DNA from: Silicimonas sp.
Lineage (GTDB): Bacteria > Pseudomonadota > Alphaproteobacteria > Rhodobacterales > Rhodobacteraceae
Direction: 5' to 3'
NCBI GenBank assembly: GCA_050290245.1
Contig: JBNKHH010000029.1
Coordinates: 1 to 46,601, forward strand
Length of the DNA stretch: 46,601 nt
Position 1 is the first letter of the stretch, and each line of letters opens with the position of its first letter. This document shows, piece by piece, positions 19,921-27,275 of this stretch. Position numbers and translations under genes: made by a program. The notes beneath the pieces were generated by a model. The model was not told the DNA's origin and did not search any database. It saw nothing but the letters and a program-made list of their open reading frames with translations.

Positions 19921-20511
19921 TCAGCTCGCGCGCGTCAGAGCCTTGGCCGCGGTTTCGGTCAGGACGTCGATATAGCGCTGCTGGGGCCAGCCACAGTCGC
20001 GCACCAGGTGTTCCCAGTTGCGGACCGAAACCAAAGTCCAGAGCAGGTCGGTTGCCTCGGTCTGGGTCAGGGTCTCGATGAGGTCCCCGTCCCGTGCGAG
20101 ATCGGCGACGGCAGCTGCGCAGCCTTCGCGCATTGCGGCCATGCGGTCGTCCCAGGCAGCGGCCGCTTCGGCGTCGCTGTCGCGCATGGCCAGCAGGGCC
20201 TTGGCCACCCCGTAGATCGTCGGAATATAGCCGCCCCACACTGCGATCCAGGCGGCAAGTCGGGCGCGCCCGGTCTTGGCAGAGCGTGTCGTCGTCAGTT
20301 GGTCTTGGATCGCGTGCAGTTGATCCACGTGTCGCGTGGTGGCCACCAAAAGCTCGGCCCGATTCGGGAAATGCAGGTACAGCGCTTGGCGGCTGATATT
20401 GGCGGCCTTGGCTATGTCCGACATGCGGATTGCATTTCCTCCACCGTTTTCAAGGAGTTGAAGGGTCGCTGTGAGGATGCGTTCGCGTGTGGGATTCGAG
20501 GTGCTTGACAT
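19921..20511 (-). CDS. TetR/AcrR family transcriptional regulator
   Basis: 196 aa. N-terminal HTH TRERILTATLQLLENGGGNAIRMSDIAKAANISRQALYLHFPNR. Confidence 0.85.
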   Translation of the reverse strand: MSSTSNPTRERILTATLQLLENGGGNAIRMSDIAKAANISRQALYLHFPNRAELLVATTRHVDQLHAIQDQLTTTRSAKTGRARLAAWIAVWGGYIPTIYGVAKALLAMRDSDAEAAAAWDDRMAAMREGCAAAVADLARDGDLIETLTQTEATDLLWTLVSVRNWEHLVRDCGWPQQRYIDVLTETAAKALTRAS

Positions 20512-20544
20512 GGTGTAAAGTTAAGGGCTAGGGATCGCCCGGTC

Positions 20545-20565
20545 AACTTGACACGGTGTCAAGTT
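20545..20565. promoter_or_regulatory. Candidate TetR operator: perfect 10-1-10 palindrome AACTTGACAC-g-GTGTCAAGTT
   Basis: Centered in the 76-nt divergent tetR/SDR intergenic region. It carries a TTGACA -35-like hexamer in both orientations. Confidence 0.5.
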
Positions 20566-20587
20566 ACGCAACGACAGGAGAGAAAGA

Positions 20588-21217
20588 ATGAAAGTCATCG
20601 TATTTGGAGCCACTGGAAACATCGGCAGGCTCGCCGTTGCCCGCACCCTGGACGACGGCCATCAGGTCACCGCCTTTGCGCGCCGTCCCGAAAACCTGGA
20701 AATCGACAACCCCAATCTTGTACGGATCGCGGGTGATGCCTTTTCCCCGTGGGATGTTGCATCCGCCATTGCCGGGCACGACGCTGTCATCATTACACTT
20801 GGCGCCGGCATGTCGCGCAAAAGCCTTATCCGTTCGGCAGGGACACTGAACGTGATCCAGGGCATGCAGCGCCACGGGGTTAAGCGGCTGATTTGCCAAT
20901 CCACGCTCGGCGCACACGAAAGCTGGTCCAACCTGAACTTTTTCTGGAAGCGGATCATGTTCGGAGGCCTCTTGCGACCGGTGTTCAAGGACCACGAGTT
21001 GCAGGAAAGTCTGGTGCGCGCCAGCGGCCTCGACTGGACCATAGTGCGGCCTTCTGCCTTTGACGATGGCCCGGAGACGGGCGGCTTCATCGAGGACGTC
21101 AAGCCGAGCGAGCGCAAGCTGAAGCTGAAGATCACCCGCGCCGACATTGCCGCCTTCCTGACCCGTCAGCTGAGCGACGTGTCTTATCGCGGACGTGCTG
21201 TCGGTATTACCAACTGA
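20588..21217 (+). CDS. NAD(P)H-binding oxidoreductase (atypical SDR / NmrA-like)
   Basis: 209 aa. N-terminal Rossmann motif MKVIVFGATGNIGRL. RBS AGGAGA upstream. Confidence 0.8.
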   Translation: MKVIVFGATGNIGRLAVARTLDDGHQVTAFARRPENLEIDNPNLVRIAGDAFSPWDVASAIAGHDAVIITLGAGMSRKSLIRSAGTLNVIQGMQRHGVKRLICQSTLGAHESWSNLNFFWKRIMFGGLLRPVFKDHELQESLVRASGLDWTIVRPSAFDDGPETGGFIEDVKPSERKLKLKITRADIAAFLTRQLSDVSYRGRAVGITN

Positions 21218-21239
21218 ACCGCCTTGAGGAGTTGCTTAG

Positions 21240-21737
21240 ATGACAAATGAATTGACGATGTGGGCCCTCGTCGGCCTGACGCTTTCGGCCGGGTTGGTTG
21301 CCGGCGTCTTCCTCGCCTTTTCCGATTTCATCATGCCATCGCTGAGAGATTCCGCGCCGGCAGCCGGGACCGAAGCCATGCAGCTGATCAACCGGAAAGT
21401 CTATCGGTCGATCTTCATGGTTTTGTTCCTTGGCCTGGTTCCATTGTCGGTGCTCGCGATGATCGTCGCAGTGTTGTTCATGGAAGGTTCGGCGGCCTTC
21501 TGGCTGGCATTTGCGGGTGCCCTTTATTTCTTCGGTGTTTTCGTCGTGACGGCTGCAGGCAATGTCCCGATGAACAAGAAACTTGAGGCCATGCCGCAGT
21601 CTGGAAAAGAGGCTCAGAGGTACTGGCCGGGCTACGTCAAGGGGTGGGTCTTCTGGAACCACGTCCGTACAGCGGCGTCGTTTGGATCAATGGCGGCCTA
21701 TATGATCGGAGCGCTGGAATTTGTCGCCGCGGTCTGA
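21240..21737 (+). CDS. DUF1772 family membrane protein (anthrone-oxygenase-like)
   Basis: 165 aa with 4 TM helices. RBS GAGGAG upstream. Confidence 0.75.
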   Translation: MTNELTMWALVGLTLSAGLVAGVFLAFSDFIMPSLRDSAPAAGTEAMQLINRKVYRSIFMVLFLGLVPLSVLAMIVAVLFMEGSAAFWLAFAGALYFFGVFVVTAAGNVPMNKKLEAMPQSGKEAQRYWPGYVKGWVFWNHVRTAASFGSMAAYMIGALEFVAAV

Positions 21738-21765
21738 CGTTGAGGCGAACAAGACAAGCTAAGTG

Positions 21766-21797
21766 ACCGGCCCGCCCCGCGGACCGGTCTTTTTATT
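21766..21797. terminator. Intrinsic terminator (possibly bidirectional) between DUF1772 and cfa
   Basis: ACCGGCCCG-ccccg-CGGACCGGT stem with one mismatch, followed by CTTTTTATT on the plus strand. Convergent gene ends lie on both sides. Confidence 0.5.
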
Positions 21798-23022
21798 CAG
21801 CGGCCTGTAAAGCCCGTTGTGCCGTCGGCGCATAGATATAGTCGCGCGTCAGAGGAACATTGTCGATTTGGCGCGATAGCTGGAACTGGAATACCGACTG
21901 GCGACGATGCCGGAACGTCTGTTCGGATGCGATCAGGTAATAGCGCCACATCCGGACAAAGCGTTCGTCATAAAGCTGAGCAACCCGATGCGCATGGGCT
22001 TCGAACCGGTCGCTCCAATGGCGCAGCGTTTTGGCGTAATGAAGGCGAAGTACCTCGACATCCGTTATCCAGAGGTCTTGCCGTTCAACCGAGGCGGTGA
22101 TTTCCGAAAGGCTGGGCAGATAACCGCCGGGGAAGATGTATTTGCCGATCCAAGGGTTCGTGCCGCTGGGGGCCTCGGAGACGCCAATCGTATGGATCAG
22201 AGCGATGCCTTCGGGCGTCAGAAGATCGTGCACGGACTGGAAGTAGGTGTCGAAATGCCTGAGGCCGACGTGCTCGAACATGCCAACGGAAACGATCCGA
22301 TCGAATTGGCCTTCCAGGGCGCGGTAGTCGACCAGCCGGAATTCGACCTGGCTTTCCAGACCGGCGTCCCTGGCGCGCTGGCGGGCACGGGCAAGTTGTT
22401 CTTCGGACAGGGTGATGCCGAGGACCTGCGCGCCGTGGTCGCGGGCAAGCTTAAGCGCCATGCCACCCCAGCCACAGCCAATGTCCAGGACACGCATACC
22501 GGGTTCGACCAGCAGTTTCCGAGCGATGTGTTTCTTCTTTTGTGCCTGCGCCTGTTCGAGTGTGTCGCCAGGGCGTTGAAAATAGGCGCAGGAGTACTGC
22601 CGATCTTCATCAAGGAAGAGGTCGTACATCTCGCCCGACAGATCATAGTGATGGGCGACGTTTTTGCGCGACAGAAGCGGCGCGTTGTTTTGCAGAAACC
22701 GCCGCGCCCTGGTTCTGAATCCCATGTGCAGACGCTGCCACCAAAGCCTCTGGTGTCCGTCGATATTGGACAAGATAAGGGCCAAGAGGCCGCGTAGATC
22801 ATCGCCGTCGATGACCAACCGGCCGTCGGTATAGGCCTCGCCAAGCGCAAGTTCCGGGTTCAGGATCAGGGCGCGCAAGGTCTTGTCGTCACCAATCGTG
22901 ACGCTGATTTCCGGGCCGCTTCTGTCGCCGAACGTCAGCAGTTTTCCGTCCGGCAAAGTCACATTCAAGGCGCCATGCCGGACCAGCCGCCGAAGCATGA
23001 CGTCCAGGGCATTGCTCCACAT
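21793..23022 (-). CDS. cfa: Cyclopropane-fatty-acyl-phospholipid synthase
   Basis: SAM motif VLDIGCGWGGMAL and a CFA synthase C-terminal region. I chose ATG at 23022; the track ORF extends to a TTG at 23106. Confidence 0.85.
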   Translation of the reverse strand: MWSNALDVMLRRLVRHGALNVTLPDGKLLTFGDRSGPEISVTIGDDKTLRALILNPELALGEAYTDGRLVIDGDDLRGLLALILSNIDGHQRLWWQRLHMGFRTRARRFLQNNAPLLSRKNVAHHYDLSGEMYDLFLDEDRQYSCAYFQRPGDTLEQAQAQKKKHIARKLLVEPGMRVLDIGCGWGGMALKLARDHGAQVLGITLSEEQLARARQRARDAGLESQVEFRLVDYRALEGQFDRIVSVGMFEHVGLRHFDTYFQSVHDLLTPEGIALIHTIGVSEAPSGTNPWIGKYIFPGGYLPSLSEITASVERQDLWITDVEVLRLHYAKTLRHWSDRFEAHAHRVAQLYDERFVRMWRYYLIASEQTFRHRRQSVFQFQLSRQIDNVPLTRDYIYAPTAQRALQAAE

Positions 23023-23228
23023 ATCCACCCCCCGTGAACCATGGTCGCCTGCCACAATGGTACGAAGAAAAGCGATTCGCTCAAGCCTGTTGGCGAAATA
23101 CCGCAACGTTTTCCGCAGGATAGTCTGAAAACTCAGATAGTTGCGCTGTCTTTTGGCTGTTGCATTCGGGAGAGTTCTTGTGTCCTTTGGCGCATGAAAC
23201 AGCCGTTTGGAGGTCCGCGCGTGTCGAA

Positions 23229-23750
23229 ATGCCCCCCATCGACGATGGCGGTTGGCCTGCGGAGATCCACGACCTGCGCGGCGGATTTGCAGGGGCGTTG
23301 AACGTGTATCGCGTCATGGCGCATCACCCGGATTTGCTGCGGGCCTGGGCGCCCCTGCGGCAGCATATCGTCAAGGACACGGCCCTCGGCTCCGAGCGGT
23401 CCGAAGTAGTGATCCTGCGTATCGGGCATCGGTTCGGGTCGGACTATGAATGGAGCCATCACGTTTCGCGGGCACGGGCACTTGGGTTTTCGGATGAGCG
23501 TATCAGGGCGATCAAAGGCCAACCCGAGGGCGAAGACGGTTTGATCGTGCGGGGGGTCGATGCGCTGATCGACGAGCGACGCCTTTCCACCGAACTTGAG
23601 GCCGAATTGGCCGACGCCCTGGGGCAGGAGGCCGTGTTCGACCTGATCGCAACGGTGGGGTTCTATTCTGTCCTGGGCTACATGCTGATGACCTATGAAA
23701 CTCCCCTGGATGACGCGATCCGGGACGAGTTGACGCGGGACCCGTTGTAA
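23229..23750 (+). CDS. Carboxymuconolactone decarboxylase (CMD/AhpD-like) family protein
   Basis: About 173 aa from ATG at 23229; the track ORF begins at a TTG at 23160. CMD-like core (…ILRIGHRFGSDYEWSHHV…). Confidence 0.75.
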   Translation: MPPIDDGGWPAEIHDLRGGFAGALNVYRVMAHHPDLLRAWAPLRQHIVKDTALGSERSEVVILRIGHRFGSDYEWSHHVSRARALGFSDERIRAIKGQPEGEDGLIVRGVDALIDERRLSTELEAELADALGQEAVFDLIATVGFYSVLGYMLMTYETPLDDAIRDELTRDPL

Positions 23751-23838
23751 GGCGGGCAAGGCCCTCGCAATTCTGGAACCGGGGCGGTAAAGGTCGGCGC
23801 GAAAGTGCACCACTGAAATTCTGCCCGGAACCGAACCT

Positions 23839-24288
23839 ATGACTGACTCAAGACGCGTCGTCCTTTCCTCTGACCATGCAGCCATCGACCTGCGCAAGGC
23901 CGTTCGGGATCATATCTCGTCACAGGGCTGGGAGGTCGTGGACATCGGGCCGACCACGCCTGAAAGTACCCACTATCCATTGCACGGAAAGGCCGCCGCC
24001 GAACGTGTCGCCTCGGGCGATTGCCGGTTCGGCATCATCCTTTGCGGGACAGGACAGGGGATCATGATGGCGGCGAACAAGGTGCCGGGCATTCGGTGCG
24101 GCGTTTGCAGCGACACGTTTTCGGCGCGGATGATCAGGATGCACAACGATGCGAACATGTTGTCCCTTGGCGCGCGCGTGGTCGGCGAGGGACTGGCGCT
24201 GGACATCGTCGACGCCTTCCTTGGCGCCGAGTTCGAAGGTGGGCGTCACGCCACGCGGGTCGATATGATTGAGCCTGCCGAAGGCTGA
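23839..24288 (+). CDS. rpiB: Ribose-5-phosphate isomerase B
   Basis: 149 aa of the RpiB/LacAB family (…GIILCGTGQGIMMAANKVPGIRCGVC…). Confidence 0.85.
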   Translation: MTDSRRVVLSSDHAAIDLRKAVRDHISSQGWEVVDIGPTTPESTHYPLHGKAAAERVASGDCRFGIILCGTGQGIMMAANKVPGIRCGVCSDTFSARMIRMHNDANMLSLGARVVGEGLALDIVDAFLGAEFEGGRHATRVDMIEPAEG

Positions 24289-24294
24289 GTCCGG

Positions 24295-24585
24295 TCAGAG
24301 CTCGTGCTGGATAGCCGAAAGGCTGTCGATCATCTCGCGCACACTTTCGACATAGGCTGCATGTGCCGGGCCGGAGACGTAGGTGCGAAAGGCGGTCATA
24401 TTGTCAAAGTCCATAACCACCGCGAAATCGTGGTGGTTTGGTCCGCTGCCGACGTTGGTTCCGCAAGTCATCGCCTGAACCTCGGGTGATGTCCGTGACA
24501 TCTGCTCGACGGCGGCTTGATAGTCGGCACGCTGCTGCTCGGTGGTGCCGGGCTTGAAGGTGACCATGACGATGTGACGCAGCAT
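24295..24585 (-). CDS. Dabb family protein (stress-responsive dimeric alpha/beta barrel)
   Basis: About 97 aa from ATG at 24585 (MLRHIVMVTFKPGTTEQQ…); the track ORF extends upstream into the kinase gene. RBS AAGAGG sits 11 nt upstream. Starts 20 nt after the kinase stop. Confidence 0.7.
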   Translation of the reverse strand: MLRHIVMVTFKPGTTEQQRADYQAAVEQMSRTSPEVQAMTCGTNVGSGPNHHDFAVVMDFDNMTAFRTYVSGPAHAAYVESVREMIDSLSAIQHEL

Positions 24586-24607
24586 GGGCAGGGACCTCTT
24601 GTTCGTG

Positions 24608-25087
24608 TCAATCGGTGGAGGTGTGCCGCAAGATGGTGAAGCATTCCTCGGCCGTGGGTTCGACATGGTGGCGGGTAATCCTGTGGAACTGTTCTTCCGT
24701 CGCCGCAAAAGGGTGATCGCCCTGAGCGTTGCGGGTGCGGAGTCGGGCAAGGCACACCTCGTCCGGCACGTCCAGGACGTGCAGCGTGTGATCGGCCCGG
24801 GTCTGATCCAGGATCGACCGCATCCAGGCGCGGGTTTCGACCGTATTGGCGGGGAAGTCGAGCACGACAGAAAGCCCTTCGTTCAACAGCGCTGCAATAT
24901 GCGGGCCCATGGCTTGGCGCAGCTTGGCCGAGCAGCGGACATAATCGGTGACGGTGTCCATCTGATTCGAGAAAAGCTTACCAAGCCACTCGTCCTCCGA
25001 GACCACGATTGTGCCAGGTGTCTTTGCGAGCCGTGCGGTCAGAGTTGATTTCCCGGCGGCGATCTTACCGCAGATCAGGTGCAGCAT
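24608..25087 (-). CDS. Small P-loop NTPase / kinase (AAA_33-like)
   Basis: About 160 aa from ATG at 25087. Walker A ICGKIAAGKSTL and Walker-B-like VVLDFP. RBS GGAG sits 8 nt upstream. Confidence 0.7.
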   Translation of the reverse strand: MLHLICGKIAAGKSTLTARLAKTPGTIVVSEDEWLGKLFSNQMDTVTDYVRCSAKLRQAMGPHIAALLNEGLSVVLDFPANTVETRAWMRSILDQTRADHTLHVLDVPDEVCLARLRTRNAQGDHPFAATEEQFHRITRHHVEPTAEECFTILRHTSTD

Positions 25088-25213
25088 GGGCGGGTCTCCG
25101 AGTGGCCTGTCCTCGCCGATTGATGACATACCTGCTGTTGGAGAGCCATGGTGCACCGAGGCCGAACCAGAACTGGAACCGGCCCGAGGCTTCCCCCGGA
25201 CCGGTTGGTTTCG

Positions 25214-26353
25214 TCAGTCCCGCAGCTTGACGAGATCGCTCATCAGGCCCTCGGTCCCGTTGTGGACAGTCAGGCGTTCAACCTTGCCTGCAATGCTTTC
25301 CAGAGCTTCCAGCTCCTTCAGTCGCAGCATGACCGGGTTATCCGCCATGACCTTTGCCGTATTCAGAAGCGACCGCGTTGCGTTCGTTTCTTCGCGGCGC
25401 CGGATGACGTTCGCCTCGGCCTCCTTTTCGGCCAGGACGACTCGGTTCAGGATCTCGCGCATCTCGCCCGGAAGGATCACGTCCTTCAGGGCGATCTCAC
25501 CCACCTCGATGCCGATCTTCAACATTTCGGTGCGGACCTTGCCCCCGGCCTCACCCGAAACCGCAACCTTGTCTGCCAAAAGCGCATCGAGCGTTACCGC
25601 CCCAAGCGTCTTCCGGTAGGCCAGTTGCAGCGCCAGGTGCAACGCCTCGGCGTAGTCCTTGACCGAGGTCACAGCGACCAGCGGGTCGACGACCCGGTAA
25701 TCGGCGGCAAGGTTGACCCGGATGGTCACCCGGTCGGAGGTCAGAAGCTCTTGGCCGGTGACCTCGTGGGTTTGCCAGCGGGTATCCACCAGCTTGACCA
25801 CATGCTTTCGGCCAAGGACCCAGTACCAGTAGGTGCCAGGCGTCAGGACCTTTTCCACGACACCGTCGACCGACAGGATCCCGACCTTGCCTTCGGCGAC
25901 TTCGACCGAAGTCAGCGCCTTGGTCAGGCCCGACCGCATCAGACGCTCGGCCAGTCGCTTGTCGACCTCGTGAGTCTCTGCCAGCGAGAGGCGTTCGACG
26001 GACCACACTCCGGCATCAAGCCAGTAAAGCGCGCGGGTGTCAGGGGTGATCACCTCGTGCGCCCGGCCGTTCAGGTTGACGACCGAAACCTCGTCCGCGC
26101 CGGTCTCGACCGCCATCAGGTGGGTTTCGACCAGGTCCGGACGCGTCCGGATCAGGGCCTCGGCATAGACCGACGTGAACCGTGGAGTGCCAAGATCATG
26201 GATCTGCACGTCGGTATTCCGACGCGGCAAGGTGTGTTCACCCACCGTCAGGATGTCCGAGAGCTTCCCCCTTTGCAGGACAACGGCCCGCTGGGTTTCC
26301 TTGAGGGTCAGCCGGTGCCGGCCTAGGATCAGATCTAGAATGTGCATCATCAT
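25214..26353 (-). CDS. SPFH/band-7 domain protein lacking a TM anchor, with a ~150 aa beta-rich N-terminal extension
   Basis: 379 aa. The C-terminal ~230 aa are SPFH/slipin-like with a coiled-coil tail (…EKEAEANVIRRREETNATRS…). The N-terminus has no hydrophobic helix. Strong RBS AAGGAG sits 5 nt before ATG at 26353. Confidence 0.8.
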   Translation of the reverse strand: MMMHILDLILGRHRLTLKETQRAVVLQRGKLSDILTVGEHTLPRRNTDVQIHDLGTPRFTSVYAEALIRTRPDLVETHLMAVETGADEVSVVNLNGRAHEVITPDTRALYWLDAGVWSVERLSLAETHEVDKRLAERLMRSGLTKALTSVEVAEGKVGILSVDGVVEKVLTPGTYWYWVLGRKHVVKLVDTRWQTHEVTGQELLTSDRVTIRVNLAADYRVVDPLVAVTSVKDYAEALHLALQLAYRKTLGAVTLDALLADKVAVSGEAGGKVRTEMLKIGIEVGEIALKDVILPGEMREILNRVVLAEKEAEANVIRRREETNATRSLLNTAKVMADNPVMLRLKELEALESIAGKVERLTVHNGTEGLMSDLVKLRD

Positions 26354-26807
26354 GTTACTCCTTCTTTCGGTTCTTTCGTCATCGTCGCAAGATGCGATCT
26401 CCTCTTGGTTTTCGTTCAGCCATTTCGATTTTGCGGCCCCGTTCCGCTGCCTCTCGGCTTCGCGTCGAACGCAAAAACGGACGCGATATCATTGTGAAAT
26501 CGAAATCGCTGCGGGTTGCGGGCGGTATGCCCGACAGGTGTGAAGCCCCGAAAAAGGGGCGGGAAAGGCCCGGAACCACCCCGCGCCGTGACAACTGGCG
26601 GAAGGCGGGCGAGAGGCCAGAGGCGTTACCGGCCGGAGTGTGCGAGGGATCGAGACCCCCCGGACCCAGGCGCGATGCGGCGCTGACGTCATCCGCCTCC
26701 GGCCCGAGGCCAGAGCGGTGCGGCCCGCCGCCATCACCCCTGGGGGCTTTGGCGAAAGGACCGCCCCGCTGGGACGATCCCGGACCCGAAATTTAACACG
26801 CGTTGCA

Positions 26808-26850
26808 GGCGTGGTGGGGAGTCGAACCCCTGGACTTCCGTCCGTACCCG
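26808..26850 (-). other. tRNA 3'-half remnant (hairpin GGAC-GGAA-GTCC, T-arm GGGGTTCGACTCCCC, acceptor 3' strand CCACGCC, no CCA)
   Basis: Minus strand reads CGGGTACGGACGGAAGTCCAGGGGTTCGACTCCCCACCACGCC. It has a T-loop consensus but no matching 5' acceptor strand (GGCGTGG) anywhere nearby. It abuts the 3' end of the Ile-like tRNA. Confidence 0.45.
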
Positions 26851-26851
26851 A

Positions 26852-26926
26852 GGTTGCGTCGACGGGAGTCGAACCCGTGACAATTCGATTATCAGTCGAA
26901 TGCTCTATCCACTGAGCTACGTCGCA
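26852..26926 (-). tRNA. tRNA-Ile(GAT)-like; possibly a pseudo-tRNA
   Basis: Cloverleaf with D-arm GCTC/GAGC, perfect anticodon stem TTCGA/TCGAA, canonical Ile loop CTGATAA and T-arm ACGGG-TTCGACT-CCCGT. But it has U1-A72, an A5·A68 mismatch in the acceptor stem, 3' ACCT (CCA not encoded), and zero-nt spacing from tRNA-Lys. Confidence 0.6.
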
Positions 26927-27003
26927 TGGAGGACATGGGAGGATTTGAACCTCCGACACACGGTTTAAGAGACCGCTGCTCTGATCCCCTGAGCTACATG
27001 TCC
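26927..27003 (-). tRNA. tRNA-Lys(CTT)
   Basis: 77 nt: GGACATG acceptor, D-arm GCTC/GAGC, anticodon stem GCGGT/ACCGT (one G·U), loop CTCTTAA, T-arm GGAGG-TTCAAAT-CCTCC, encoded CCA. Confidence 0.85.
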
Positions 27004-27186
27004 GCACCGTTCCTCTTCCCGACCCTGGCATACGGTGACGACAGCGCCGCCCCGCACCGGATGAGGCGCGACCTCATTCCGCTAGGGTCCGTTCGATCCT
27101 GAACGGGAGGCGATGAATAGGGCGGGTCGGATGAGTCGCGCTACGGTGAAGTTTTCCCACCGGCGGGTTTGTGATATGCGCGCAAC

Positions 27187-27219
27187 ATTATTGCGCTATC
27201 GGGTAATTTTATTGCGCTA
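27187..27219. repeat. Tandem direct repeat TTATTGCGCTA x2 (21-bp periodicity) in an AT-rich stretch, plus nearby GCGCAA-N6-TTGCGC inverted repeat
   Basis: ATTATTGCGCTAtcgggtaattTTATTGCGCTAcc. Located between the hss stop and the tRNA operon, and unusually AT-rich for this genome. Confidence 0.4.
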
Positions 27220-27232
27220 CCAGTGCGAAAGT

Positions 27233-27265
27233 GCATCGCACGGGTCTGTGCGACCGGTGCGATGC
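27233..27265 (-). terminator. Strong hairpin 11 nt after the hss stop (14-bp stem with 1 mismatch, 5-nt loop); no clean U-tract
   Basis: GCATCGCACGGGTC-tgtgc-GACCGGTGCGATGC. Could be an hss terminator or a protein-binding site. Confidence 0.4.
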
Positions 27266-27275
27266 TAGTGCATTG

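Noticed and set aside
26379-26594. 71-aa Arg-rich ORF immediately upstream of the SPFH gene
   Set aside because: Third codon positions are not GC-biased like real genes in this genome, there is no RBS, and it overlaps the predicted hairpins. It is more likely leader or UTR.
26354-26850. Possible permuted (two-piece) alphaproteobacterial tmRNA (ssrA), with the tRNA 3'-half remnant acting as the acceptor piece
   Set aside because: The remnant lacks an encoded CCA. No complementary 5' acceptor strand (GGCGTGG) and no tag reading frame (ANDN…AA-stop) is present in the downstream 450 nt on the correct strand.
24295-27003. Genomic island or prophage integrated at the tRNA cluster
   Set aside because: There is no integrase, recombinase or transposase gene, no direct repeat of a tRNA 3' end flanking a block, and the SPFH-kinase-Dabb genes have native-like GC content. 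Only the orphan tRNA remnant hints at a past event.
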